Assembly: GCF_001194135.2 (NCBI RefSeq)
Contig: NC_068984.1
Coordinates: 110,261,321-110,325,320, forward strand
Source: Octopus bimaculoides
Lineage: Eukaryota
DNA: 64,000 bases
Direction: 5' to 3'
Both the position numbers and the translations under genes were made by a program. Positions 35,820-49,325 of the stretch are shown in pieces. Below the pieces are notes generated by a model. That model was not told the origin of the DNA and searched no databases. It saw only the letters and a list, made by a program, of their open reading frames with translations. Every line of letters begins with the position of its first letter. Position 1 is the stretch's first letter.

Positions 35820-36090
35820 TCTTTGTCTGCTGGATCAATATGGTAAAGAACGAGAGTGGCACGAAACGTTGTAGTCGTCGATACCATCTGGTGAAAGATA
35901 TCTAATAGATCGCGCTGGAACCGGCGGCCGACGCCGACCGAGGGCAGCAAAGTATCGGCAACGGACCAGCTTACAGCTCGCTGGCAGCCTGATGGAATCG
36001 GCGAAGCTTTGGCTTGGCACAAGCACGACCACGCTTACGACGCCGGACGCCGGCGACAGACGCATATCGAGGCTATCTGATTACATCAAA
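35820..36090. other. Isolated GC/CpG-rich island of unknown origin
   Basis: Dense CpG (CCGGCGGCCGACGCCGACCG, ACGACGCCGGACGCCGGCGAC) in an AT-rich background, not matching any in-window SINE. Confidence 0.6.
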
Positions 36091-36385
36091 ATTAACTTAG
36101 GGGATATGATCCAAAGAATAATTGTAGTTGTTGGAGTATGTATGATGTACAATAGAACTGAAAATAATCTCTTGTAATTAAACTAATTAGTCTTGCTACT
36201 CTGATAGCGCATCCTTAGTTTAATTCCCTTTCACTTTTAGTTAAACTTATGTAAAGCAATAAAATCTTTCTTCACATTCCAGCTCATCTCTGTGAAAGAA
36301 GCTAAACAAATTCCAAGGTCCAGTGCTTTTCAAATTAATACTGCAAGTTTTTTAATCTCTTTTGCATGCCTCTACATACTTCATT

Positions 36386-36765
36386 GGAGGCGCAATGGCC
36401 CAGTCGTTAGGGCAGCGAACTCGCGGTCATAGGATCGTGGTTTCGATTCCCAGACCGGGCGTTGTGAGTGTTTATTGAGCGAAAACACCTAAAGCTCCAC
36501 GAGGCTCCGGCAGGGGATGGTGGCAAACCCTGCTGTACTCTTCCACCACAACCTTCTCTCACTCTTACTTCCTGTTTCTGTTGTACCTGTAATTCAAAGG
36601 GTCAGCCTTGTCACACTGTGTCACGCTGAATATCCCCGAGAACTATGTTAAGGGTACACGTGTCTGTGGAGTGCTCAGCCACTTGCACGTTAATTTCACG
36701 AGCAGGCTGTTCCGTTGATCGGATCAACTGGAACCTTCGACGTCGTAAGCGACGGAGTGCCAACA
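36386..36765 (+). mobile_element. Full-length tRNA-derived SINE family C with TSD
   Basis: A/B boxes present, (CAA)n tail, TSD ACATACTTCATT (36374-85) and ACATTCTTCATT (36766-77). Confidence 0.95.
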
Positions 36766-37202
36766 ACATTCTTCATTGAAAGCAAGTAGTTTTCGTTGTT
36801 TAGTCTCAGCCGACAGCACTTGTTCAGTCCTTTATCAGATTTGATAGAGCAAACCTTTTATCAAAAGCAACCTGTCGTATTTTTTCAGACAACGAATGTC
36901 TTGAGATTTACATTTCCAATATGTTCTCTTTCGATGAGAGCTTGGATGTAATGTGAGGGAAATTAAGCTACTATATCTATCAGATAGAGCGACCACATAA
37001 ATACTCTGTTGTTGGCCTGCTGTGAAAGAGAGAGTTCAATGAAAATTTAATATTTCAAACATCAGCTAAATATTCATATTTGCTAAAAAAAAGTAAAAGA
37101 AAAAGAGACAGAAAAATAGCAATCTGCTAATGATAATGTTTTAAATTGCAGAAGTAGAAATATTTTCAGAGGATAATATCATCATATTGTTGTTGCTGTA
37201 AC

Positions 37203-37445
37203 TGTTGATGATGATGATGATGATGATAAATGATGAAGACAGCGATGACGACGACGACGATGAAAATGATGATGATGACGGTGACAATAACGATGACGAT
37301 GATGATGATGATGATGAAGAGGATGATGATGATGAAGCTGACGATGACGATGATGATGATAGTAATGATGATGACGATGACGACAATGACGGCAATAATG
37401 AAAAATAATAATAATAATGACACAGATTATGATAATAAGGACGAT
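37203..37445. repeat. Degenerate (GAT/GAC)n array
   Basis: Directly visible. The poly-Asp/Met ORFs here are artefacts. Confidence 0.95.
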
Positions 37446-38454
37446 GGGGATATTACTTTTATTACTTTATTATTACTGGGCATATCTTCTCTTTGTGGTT
37501 GTCATTTTTTGGTGTATTCTCTCCTAAGGCTTAAGGTTAATGAATATCTTCTATTTAAAAGACGATTGAGAATATGATAAAGAATATTTCGCTGTTAAAA
37601 TATCATAAGTTCGTGAGGCTGAATAGAAGTACTCGCGTGGATTCACTTAATGTGCATATGATACAATGTTTAACCCCAGGTAAACCATGATTGAGCAGAA
37701 TTATGATCAAAGATGTTCAAGTTGCGACCATTTTGTTATATAACGTCGTCTAGAATTTTCTTGAGTTTTCTAATTGGTTAGCAAAATTATTGATGTGAAC
37801 AATGTGTAGAAACAGAATGGTGACAAAAGGAATTTGGGGAACACACACTTAACTCATTAACTGAACGATTCATCAAACAATCAATTAATTAGTTGATTAA
37901 ATAACTAACTAAATGCCGAATTATAAAATAGCGAATCTGAACCAGTGCGTGTATTTATTATTGGCACTATGATCCTCCCGAGATACAACAATGTAATCTA
38001 GGATTACTTTATCCAAACTATCCTTTCTTAAGGTATGGTGTGATTTTTGAGTGAATTTGATGCACTTTTTAGCAATTACGTTGAGGTATTATGATGGAAA
38101 TTTTTTAGTGTTCTGTAATTTCTTATGGTCCTATCCTTGGAAAGAAATATTTCACAATATATAAATATCTTAATATGAAACGTGTCGTCAAGTTATTTGA
38201 TACGGCCATGACCTGACTATGGTCTACAACTAGTTTCCTTTACTAAGGCTATTTAAAACCTTGGGAGCAGACAAACGAAACGAGAAGACAAAACATTCTC
38301 CATATCCTAGACACACACACACACACATACACACTTACTTGCCCCAACAACAAGAATTATATGCAAAAAGTACAGAGTTTACCAAAACTTTAAGTTATCT
38401 CTCAATTTCTTGCGGCTGATATAAATTCTTTATCTGCATGAAAGAAGAATTTAT

Positions 38455-38530
38455 AATGAATAATATTGTATAATATAATATAATATAATATAATATAATA
38501 TAATATAATATAATATTATATTATATTATT
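38455..38530. repeat. (ATATA)n pentanucleotide array
   Basis: Directly visible TAATATAATATAATA run. Confidence 0.95.
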
Positions 38531-39156
38531 ACGCTCTTAACAAATCACGTGCAAGTTTCTTCTCGCTAAGACATCATTTGTGATGACGAAGGAGGGCGGA
38601 GGAGAGTGGGAGAGGAGTGCTAAGCCGTTAATTCGTTGTAATATTATATCAATTGCAATATCTCACTTTCCGATAGCTCAAATCTAGAAATCAAATCTTC
38701 TCATCTCCAACACGCCACCACCATTCCTATCCCTCCCCCACCCCGCACCACCATGTTTCTGATCATGATTTGCTATTAATAGACCAATTCACAAAATGTC
38801 ATAACGGTATCATCTTCTTTTGCTGTGGAAAACCAAGTATTGATTTGCGGCGATAAGTTCAATTATCGTATCAATCAATTTTTCTATTTGGCATCTATGG
38901 AAGGAAGCAGGTTATCTGCATATTTCACTTTAACTGACATATATCTGAGCCATTGTCTACATTGTCCTCACCCATAACACAAAAACTACTGCCTGTCATT
39001 TTTCGAACTTGTTGTCTACTCTGGTAGAACCTTTTGCTTCAATGGTAACCTAAAAGATTTTTCAAAGAGACAAGTAACTTTTATTGAAAAGTTAACTTCT
39101 CTAAGTTGCTAATATAGATTGTAATAATAATAATAATAATAATAATAACAATAATG

Positions 39157-39200
<44 letters not shown>

Positions 39201-39201
<1 letters not shown>

Positions 39202-39315
39202 TGATGCATGTGCCTGTTATACCCTTATCAGACGGGTAGTCATGATGAGTATAATGGGCTTCCTATATTTGTACACCTGTGTTACTTTGATGACATGCGC
39301 TGCTCTCTCTCACTC
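39201..39315 (+). mobile_element. 5'-truncated copy of the ~520-bp TAA-associated element
   Basis: Matches only the 3' end of 28608-29129 and lies between TAA arrays 39122-39200 and 39316-39440. Confidence 0.85.
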
Positions 39316-39331
39316 AATAATGATAATAATG

Positions 39332-39390
<59 letters not shown>

Positions 39391-39469
39391 TATATAATAA
39401 TAATTATATAATAATAATTATTATTATTATTATCATTATTAGTATTGTTGTTGTTCTTGTTGTTATAAT

Positions 39470-40090
39470 CCTTTCTACAATGGGCACGCGGCCTAAAATT
39501 TGGGAAAAGGGGAGACAGACGATTACATTGACTCCTGTACTCAAATGGTACCTATTTTATCGACGCTGAAAAAGTGAAAAGCTAAGTTGACCTTGGCAGA
39601 ATATGAACTCAGAAGGTAAAGACGGACGAAATGCCGTCTGCCAGCTCACCGCCTTAATAATAATGTCATAAGTTTTAACACAAGACCAGCAATTTCGAGT
39701 GGAGGGAGATGTTGATTATATCGACCTCAGTACTCGAGAAGTACTTTATTTTATCGTTCTCAAAAGAATAAACAGCAAAGCCTACCTCGATGTGATTTGA
39801 ACTCAGAACCTAAAGAGCCAAAAAAAGAAAAAATCGCAAATATTTCCCCGAAATACTAACGATTCTGCTAAACCATCATCTTTAATAGTTTCTAATTTAG
39901 GCACAAGGCTAACAGATTTTTTTGGAGAGTCAAGTGTGAGTCGATTTTACCGACTCCGGTACTTGACTAGCACTTATTCTATCGGCCCCGGAGGAAAAAA
40001 TTGCTAAATTGGTCTCAAAAGTATTTGAACTCAGAACGGCTGAAATAATTACCACACGGAATTTTGTTCAACGCTCTAACGATTCTGTTA
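39470..40090 (-). mobile_element. Three consecutive SINE family A monomers
   Basis: Three reverse-strand repeats of the family A tail, core and GAACTCAGAA segments. Confidence 0.8.
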
Positions 40091-41249
40091 ATCAGCCGTT
40101 ATTTTGCTGCAAGATCGATGGATGAGATGATAGTACTGTGACAATTTACAAAAGTGGTGGGGGGTTACAAAGAACCAGGGATGAGAAAACCAAGCATGAA
40201 AAACAAGAAAATTGCAGTAAAGCTGCGTGATAGTGATGTCAGACATGGAATGCAGACCATCATACAACCTGTTTGACATTGCGTTTTCATTATTCTCTTC
40301 CTTTTCATTTTGACATGGGCATTGCGTTTTTATTCTCTTCCGCTTTACGAATTCAGTGTGCACATGCTCATTGTGTGTTCATCTTCCTTTTTCCGGTACC
40401 TACTCAAAACTGTATACAGACTACAACCATCTCACTGTTTACAGATCACAACCATCTCGCAAACTGTTCGTGAGGAGCGCTTGGCGCCCCGATTGATGTG
40501 AAAAGAAAACAGCAATTTAAAATAAATTGAAAATAAAACTTCCTAACTAGCTTAATTGTTAGGGCGTCAAGCAAAATGCTCAGCGGTATTTACTTCCGCT
40601 TTGAGTTCAAATACCACCAAGATCGTCTTTGCCTTTCATCATATCTACTAATGTGCTTTGTGCGTCTGGTCTGAGCGAGATGCTTCTCAACACCTGTTGT
40701 TTAAGCGGCAGTGAATTAAAAGCCAAGTATACCGGAATAAGCAAGTACGTACGACATGTTTGTTGGATTGTGCTTGTGATTCGATACAGTTCCGAAATGC
40801 AGACTTTAATATTTCCACAGAATTGATGCCACAGTACATTCAAGAAATCCAGTTTCTGAAAACGAAACTAAAACCAACTGATCTGAAAATAGTCGTCAAT
40901 CAGAAATAGTCGATTATATCAAGAGTTTTGTATTGATCAAAGTGGAAAAGTCCTTACGAAGCTAAGTTTGTTACTCCTCACTCCCTGCCATGTATTACAT
41001 TAGCCGGACGGTACCGTGAATTGATCTACCGAGAATCTACAAGTCTACATGGTAGTACACCACAGATAGGGTCTTTGTTCCAAAGATAGTATGACTGTAA
41101 TCCATATTACTGTCTTGGTTGTGGTTTTGGGTTTTGATTTTGTTGTTGCTCTTCTTGCGCCTATTTCTGCTGCACTTATTATAATTGTGGTGATGGAAAA
41201 AAGAGGATTTCATCAGCTACTTGCCTGAAGGCAAAAGCCAGTGCATGGT

Positions 41250-41900
41250 TGGTGTTGCTGGAAGTATAGCACTACAACCACCTTTCCTTTGCTCCAACAA
41301 TCGTCGTCTCATATTGTGTGCCACTTGAATGAAAATGTTTTGCTTCCATATTTCCTTCAAGTACTTTTAATCCCGAACATAGACTGGTCTTTCGAATCAA
41401 TGAGTTTTATACAAGTAATATGACACTGTGCATCTGTTCGCCTCAATCCTAATCATCCTTTTTTTATGGCACATTCAGAGCGACTTTCTTGCCCCACATT
41501 TCGGTGAATCCATTAGTTTCTCTCAGTTCGTCTATCGTTGTCTTGCGGTTCTTGCTGCATAAAAAAAACCCAAAAAAACTTGCAAATGCTTCCCTAAATC
41601 TATTCTTAGGCTCGCTACTACTTTAGCTTGCTTCAAATGTAATGAAACTGGTGGGTGAAGGCAGTCTCCATTGTCGTCGGGGCAGCATTTAGCATGATGT
41701 AGTGGAATGTGTTTCTGGTTATGGTGCTTCTAATAGTCTCGGCTTTTACATTTTATATTTGATGTTGCAGGTGGTCAACCTCTCGTTAAATTGGAGACAA
41801 CAATCATGTTGTAATTATCTCTAAGCGTGTTGGTCATGTGTATTTGTGTATTATTTTTTTACTTTTGGTGTTTTTGAAATTTCAGTTTACTCTCAGTGAT
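41250..41900 (-). pseudogene. Decayed Penelope GIY-YIG region
   Basis: Broken minus frames give KCKSRDY*KHHNQKH...CCPDDNGDCL...KQAKVV, resembling Penelope KHHNQK...CNC...CPL.G.CL...YKAKV. Many stops and frameshifts. Confidence 0.45.
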
Positions 41901-42389
41901 GTGGAATCTGTTACTACTACTGTTGTTTGGAAGGTTGTTTTTGGAAAGTTGCTTGACACAGCTGTGATGGTGTCTACCAGAGGAGAAATTTAGTATCAGG
42001 AAAGACAATTAAGGGAAGTATTTGATTGCACTTCCTTCATCATTGGTTGTTCTTCCTCTCATTCCTCTCTCTTTCTTGCTTGGTGACTCACAAAGATGAA
42101 GCTATGCTGGATGTTATTTTGAATTCTTTCGATACTAAGCATTTTTTCAATAAAACTCCAAAAAGGCGAAAACAAAAGGAACCAAACAAAACGTTGAGAC
42201 CGTGGCCGGTTCTATTACCAAAGAAGAAACAAGAATTAATATCGAAAACTTATTCGAAAATGTATGTCGTGACATCCAGTAAGATTTCTATGGAAACTGA
42301 CCTAATATAACTAAAGAGACTATATAGGATCCTTATAGAAAAGAAATTAAAAATATTTAAAATTATACATTTTGCAATATGATATGACA

Positions 42390-42580
42390 AGGCAGCGAGC
42401 TGGCAGAATTGGGAGTATGCCGGGAAAAATGAATTGCGGCATTCTGTCTTTCTGAGTCCAAATACAACCGAGGTCAACTTTCACTCAGGGTCGATAAAAT
42501 ATGTACCAACTGAGCACTAGGGTCGATGTAATCGAATTACACCTCTCTCTAAATTGCTAACCGTGTGCCAAAATTTGAAA
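42390..42580 (+). mobile_element. SINE family A
   Basis: AAGGCAGCGAGCTGGCAGAA head, core and tail. Confidence 0.85.
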
Positions 42581-42866
42581 CAAATATATGACTAGAATGT
42601 TATCTGTTGTATAATGCGTAGCTTTGAAAGTATACTTTTGCTACTATGGGTAATATTTTTTCAAAAAATGGTATACATACAATAATTATAATCTAATTTT
42701 TATCAAATTTCATGGTGCTGGTATAAAATGCTGAAATGAATACTAATTTTCAAAAGAAAAATATTTATTGCTTTAAAATAGAATTGAATAAAACAATATC
42801 CAAAAATAATATAGAAATCCACACACACTTACTTGCTTCATTTTTCCCTCCATACTCTCTCTTTCT

Positions 42867-42951
<85 letters not shown>

Positions 42952-44289
42952 TATATACATACACTCTCTCTCTTCCTCTTCTGTCTACGATTCTTTCTCA
43001 CTGTGGGCATGTAATATTCATTTACTCATTGCCAGACACCAAGCCCAATATATGCGCTTATCTTGTTCCTCTTGTGTTCATTCTCCTAGCATCTTACTGT
43101 TACAGTCTCTCTTCCTCCGAATACCATGGAGAAATCAATCAATCAATCAATCAACCAATCAACATAAATATTAGCTATTCTTATTGAGAGATAACAGATC
43201 AAAGCATAAGAATAGAAAATATTACAAATGTCTAGACTTGTGTGGAGAACTGAGAAAATTCGATTTTGTACAAGAAAGATACAGCCAATTGAATTGATAC
43301 CAGTCAACCGATTAAATTTGTAAAACTTGACCTCTGTACGAATTTACCAGTAAAGCATTGAAATAAATTCTTAACTTTTAGAACTTGTCTATGATGTCTG
43401 TTATTTCATTCGCTCAGTTTCTTAGAAGAGTAACAAAGTATTCATAATAATGAAAAAAAAAAAGTAACGAAGAAATAGTACATGCAAATCAGATTTGTAT
43501 TTAAAACTGAACTACCTGCTAAAGATAGGACAACAGGTATCACTTTATTCATAGTGGCAGTGTTAAATAATAATAGTCAAAATAATGATGTAAATAAACA
43601 AAAAATCGCTTAATATGTTCCCAGGAAGCATTTAAGGTGTTCTGCAATATGATATGACTAGAGTGTATCAGTCACACGAAAGATAACACTCTGGTTATAT
43701 AATATTGTAGAGTCTGTGATTTTACGTAATTTGAATTTTTTCTCTGTCGCGATTATATCTAGTCGCCTTGGTTTTAATGGATGGTCAGTTTCCTTAGAAA
43801 TCTCACTCGATTTTGTAACATATATTAATGGATATGATTCTATTCATTATTGAAAAATTTGGTGCATTCTAGTCTAGTCACTAGTATATATTTCCTTTGA
43901 CTATACTTCAATATGGAAATCTTCTGCTATTGAACATCATTATAAATTAGGAAAACACACACACACACATACATACGCAGACACACACACACGTACGCAC
44001 GCGCGTGAACACACACAAACACACACACCACTCACCAAATTAATTAGGTGGAGAATAAAATTAAATTCAAATTAATCAAATAAAGGGAAAGGGAACCCAC
44101 AGCCATAAAATAGACGCAATGAAGAAGCAGGATAATACTTGACGATAAATCTATAAAAGAATATATAAAATCAAAGTTGATTATGAAACTGCAAATTTAT
44201 ACATTTTGAAATTACATTTTTACTCTCGGAAAGGATTTAGCAGAATAGGAGTTGATATCTAAGTAATTCAGCAGAAACCATCGAAAAAG

Positions 44290-45050
44290 TGACGTGACTC
44301 TAATTGGTCACTAGACCTGCCAACAGCCGTCTATCCCACAAATAAATTATCTTGAAAAAAAAACGGAATTATTCGATGTTGTAGTCCACGTTACACTGTA
44401 GCTGAGAATAAAAACACAGTGCCTCAAGAGGAACACATTTTATCATAGGCTGTTAGATCATAAATTAGCAGAGACTAAATAGGAGCGAAAATATTTAGCA
44501 CTGATTTAGGGTTTATAGTAATCTGAAATATACACTTAACGTTTTACTCGCAGCTCAAGGCCAACATATCTCTTCAAGAAATTCCAAACAAAAATCAATT
44601 CTAAAAACGTAAAAGGCGTCGAATTTGTAAAAAGATACGAGACTTACCTCTGTCCAAAACACACATCATATATGTACGCATGGAAGCATTCTCCATTGCA
44701 CATTATATCAGTAAAATGGAAATAAGAGACGTGGCAATAAAGAAAATCAGACAGCTTACAAACCCAATACAAGCGTAAACCTTGGGAAAGTGATATTATG
44801 ACACCAATGAGTGGCAACAAATGGTGGTGCTATTGCAGTTGTTGGTGTTTACCCACAGGTCAGCTCTGACCAAACAACTTGTACTGAATGGTGTTCAGAC
44901 CATGATCATCACACATTCTGTCCAAACATTATATAATTAAAACATCATTACCCAATGTGTTTTTCTATTTATGAGATGGTAAGATATAGTGAGGTTCGGA
45001 TTTGGCTGCTAAGTCTAGCAGGTCAACAAACCTCGTACAGGCATCCAAAT
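44290..45050. repeat. Two copies (one per strand) of an unclassified dispersed repeat also seen near 35.4, 36.8-37.0 and 37.7-38.1 kb
   Basis: Recurrent motifs GGATTTGGCTGCTA...TCTAGCAGGTC and CAGGTCAGC.CTGA.C.A.CAGA, heavily diverged. Confidence 0.45.
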
Positions 45051-45619
45051 TAGTAACAACTGTTTGCTCTACACATCCCACATGAAGACGACCTCCTCAA
45101 AATTGTTGGCTTAGTTCCTAAATTAGAAACAATTAAATCACAGTCTGCAATAGAAAAAGGTTTATATTACTGCATGTTATGGTGACACGGTAAATAGAAA
45201 AAAATATTGAGTACATCTAAGAATAGTATATTATGGAGGTCCTGTGTGCTACAAAACGTCTGATTAAATCTGCATCATGCGTTCATTTCTGTCGTCAGAA
45301 ATTGTCGCCTGGTTGTAGTTTATTGCAAAAAATAAAATGAAATGTTAGTATTTTATGAAAATCATAATGCTTGAGTTTAAATAGTAGGTCGAGTTACTTA
45401 AATTATTTTAGATACGATGTTTCTTTGTAATACACATGTTACAAAGCATTGATTTGTTAGTATAAAGTCCATCATGATTCACATTTTACTAATTAATTGT
45501 CCTTCAAATTCCAAATATAACCGGAAAGAGGTAGGCTATTTCAATAGCCTTCGCTTCAGAAAGATGAGATGTGATAGTGATAACATGTCTAAAAGTTTCT
45601 CTAACGTAATTAATGCTTT

Positions 45620-45881
45620 ATTGCCAATCTAGCGCTAACATCGGTTGTCAAATGATGGCGGGGGGTGGGGGTGGGGTGGAGACAAACACAGGCACCCATA
45701 CACATAAACATACACATATACATATACGACGGATTTCTTTCGGTTTCCGTCTACCAAATCCACTCACAAAGCTTTGGTCAGCTATAGTAGAAGACGTTTG
45801 CCCAAGATGCCACGCAGTGGGACTGAACCCAGAACCATGTGGCTGGGAAGTAAACTTCTTACCGTGTAGCTACGCCTTCAC

Positions 45882-45918
<37 letters not shown>

Positions 45919-46170
45919 ACAAATTCGAGGGAAGGGGTAAGTCGATTTACACAAACAACGGTGATCAACAGGCGCTTATTTTGTTAACCCCGAAAAGATG
46001 AAAGATGAAATTAACCTCAGCGGAATTTGAACTCAGACAGTAAAGACGCATGAAACTCCGATAAACATGTTGCCCCGTGTTCTGCCAACTCGCCGCCCCA
46101 GTCATCTGTAACATACTGATTTCAAATTTTGGTAAAAGGCCAGCAAATTTAGGGGATTACATCGACCTAG
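45620..46170 (-). mobile_element. SINE family B copy followed by a SINE family A copy
   Basis: CTACCAAATCCACTCACAAAGCTTTGGTC...GGGACTGAACCC (family B, 45620-45880). GGAATTTGAACTCAGA (family A, 45930-46170). Confidence 0.8.
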
Positions 46171-46529
46171 GGATCAAATGGCACTTATTTTATCACCGCT
46201 TTATTTTATCGTCTGTGTATATGAGTGGATGTACTTTCCACCTTTCTTTATGGGTATAAACGTTCGACTGGGAACATGCAAGAAGCCGATTTCAATGGTT
46301 ATTTATCGGTTATATCAACTCCAGTAATTACTCTGCTATGAATCTTATCGAAGTTGTAAAGATATTGCTAAACACCGAAACAAACGTATTTTGGTCTCAT
46401 AAACCAAATCCTGCCATTATCGACATCTATATAAAGTCGATACTTAAAAAATGAATTTACCTTGAATCAAGACATATGACATTTGAAAGATCATGATATA
46501 AATAACTTGACTAACATTTTGGTCTTTAC

Positions 46530-46780
46530 TGACTGCACTTGAGAAGCTTGTACAGCCTGTGCTCATATTACTGTGGCCTCTGAAATAACAAACACACTTC
46601 ATCGTTACAACAATGGAAATTTTGGTACAAGAGGGCAGAATTAATTTCTAAGTGCCATTGTAAAACTAAGCTCATTTCCTCAAACCTCAACAGAGTCATT
46701 GAAGCAAACTTAATAAAACTCAAAAACAAGAAGGAAAAGATGAAGACTGGAGTGTGACTAAACAATGTGACTGTATTAGT
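46530..46780 (+). pseudogene. Penelope GIY-YIG extreme C-terminus relic
   Basis: YKRAELISKCHCKTKLI resembles the Penelope terminal LNKRSELISKCRH motif (from recall). Confidence 0.5.
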
Positions 46781-46793
46781 TCATAGCTATATG

Positions 46794-46827
<34 letters not shown>

Positions 46828-46944
46828 TGCATATATTCATAACAGTGCATGTGAATGTGTGTTCACATATATATGTACGTGTGCCTGTGAGTGCGCAGTG
46901 TGTATCTGATTATCATTCCTCTTTGTCACTATGCATACACGCAG

Positions 46945-46980
<36 letters not shown>

Positions 46981-47037
46981 ATAATTGTAAGTCTATGAAT
47001 TATGAATTTGCAAAACTAAGTATATCAATTTTATCAG

Positions 47038-47084
<47 letters not shown>

Positions 47085-47269
47085 GTATACTTATCACTTC
47101 CATTGTGTGTATATATGTATATAATAAATAATTCAAGATACACATTAAGTACAGGACATAACCAGCAAGTGAAAAATATGTAAACACAGAGAAAAGTACA
47201 AGGCAAGATACCAAAGGCAGTTTAACTCCTTCTCAGTTGTTGACTGTTTATTACTACCTGTTTCTAGCT

Positions 47270-47665
47270 TATCTTTTACCTGTTTCAATAATGAGACTGC
47301 AGCCATGCTAAAGCACCACTTTGAAGAATTTCTTTTAGTTGGATGTGTCGACGCAAGTACTTAATTTTCAAAGCCTGGTACTTATTCTATTGGTTTCTTT
47401 TGCCAGACTGCTAAGTTACACAGACGTAAGCACGTTAATGCCGATTGTTAAAAGGTGGTCAGGACAACGACAGACATGACGACACACACACATATATATA
47501 TATATACACATATATAAGATGGGCTTCTCTCAATTTCCGTCTACCAAATCCAGTCACAAGGTTTTGGATGGTCCAAGGCTATAGTAAAAAATACTTGCCC
47601 ATGGCGCCACGATATAGGAATGTGGTTGGGAAGCAAGCTATTTTACCACACAGCTACACCTGTGC
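47270..47665 (-). mobile_element. SINE family B, degenerate
   Basis: Reverse complement of family B from tail (GACTGCAGCCATGCTAAAGCACC) to head (TTTACCACACAGCTAC). Confidence 0.8.
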
Positions 47666-48619
47666 CTATATNNNNNNNNNNNNNNNNNNNNNNNNNNNNN
47701 NNNNNNNNNNNNNNNNNNNNNNNNNNNNNNNNNNNNNNNNNNNNNNNNNNNNNNNNNNNNNNNNNNNNNNNNNNNNNNNNNNNNNNNNNNNNNNNNNNNN
47801 NNNNNNNNNNNNNNNNNNNNNNNNNNNNNNNNNNNNNNNNNNNNNNNNNNNNNNNNNNNNNNNNNNNNNNNNNNNNNNNNNNNNNNNNNNNNNNNNNNNN
47901 NNNNNNNNNNNNNNNNNNNNNNNNNNNNNNNNNNNNNNNNNNNNNNNNNNNNNNNNNNNNNNNNNNNNNNNNNNNNNNNNNNNNNNNNNNNNNNNNNNNN
48001 NNNNNNNNNNNNNNNNNNNNNNNNNNNNNNNNNNNNNNNNNNNNNNNNNNNNNNNNNNNNNNNNNNNNNNNNNNNNNNNNNNNNNNNNNNNNNNNNNNNN
48101 NNNNNNNNNNNNNNNNNNNNNNNNNNNNNNNNNNNNNNNNNNNNNNNNNNNNNNNNNNNNNNNNNNNNNNNNNNNNNNNNNNNNNNNNNNNNNNNNNNNN
48201 NNNNNNNNNNNNNNNNNNNNNNNNNNNNNNNNNNNNNNNNNNNNNNNNNNNNNNNNNNNNNNNNNNNNNNNNNNNNNNNNNNNNNNNNNNNNNNNNNNNN
48301 NNNNNNNNNNNNNNNNNNNNNNNNNNNNNNNNNNNNNNNNNNNNNNNNNNNNNNNNNNNNNNNNNNNNNNNNNNNNNNNNNNNNNNNNNNNNNNNNNNNN
48401 NNNNNNNNNNNNNNNNNNNNNNNNNNNNNNNNNNNNNNNNNNNNNNNNNNNNNNNNNNNNNNNNNNNNNNNNNNNNNNNNNNNNNNNNNNNNNNNNNNNN
48501 NNNNNNNNNNNNNNNNNNNNNNNNNNNNNNNNNNNNNNNNNNNNNNNNNNNNNNNNNNNNNNNNNNNNNNNNNNNNNNNNNNNNNNNNNNNNNNNNNNNN
48601 NNNNNNNNNNNNNNNNNNN

Positions 48620-48697
<78 letters not shown>

Positions 48698-49029
48698 ATA
48701 TATAACTGAAAGAATCTCTCCCTTACTTTGAAATGCCAAAATAATGTTGACAACATTTCATGAAAGATCTTGTATCCACTCCAGACTTCTAGATAAAATG
48801 TATTGCGTGAAGTAAAGAGTTATGCCCTTTGCATGTCTTTAGTAGAGTCCACTCTGTTGTACGCGTTCCCCAACTAAGGATGTTGACATCTTGATGCATT
48901 GCTCTTTACTGCAGTGACCATTGATTCATTCTTCCTTCTACCATTGCAGTATTTCTACCATTTCTGCAGTTTGAAACGGAAAGAGATGCTGCTAACCATC
49001 CTGTCTGACATGCGAACGTTTCTTTTTAT

Positions 49030-49272
49030 TTATTTTTTTTCTTTATTTTTTTTTCTTTATTGCCCACAAGGGGCTAAACATAGAGGGGACAAACAAGGAC
49101 AGACGAAGGGATTAAGTCGATTACATCGACCCCAGTGTGTAACTGGTACTTAATTTATCGACCCTGAAAGGATGAAAGGCAAAGTCGACCTCGGCGGAAT
49201 TTGAACTCAGAACGTAGCGGCAGACGAAATATCGCTAAGCATTTCGCCCGGCATGCTAACGTTACTGTCAGC
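49030..49272 (-). mobile_element. SINE family A, young copy
   Basis: Near-perfect reverse complement of monomer 24336-24568. Confidence 0.92.
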
Positions 49273-49283
49273 TCACCACCTTT

Positions 49284-49325
<42 letters not shown>

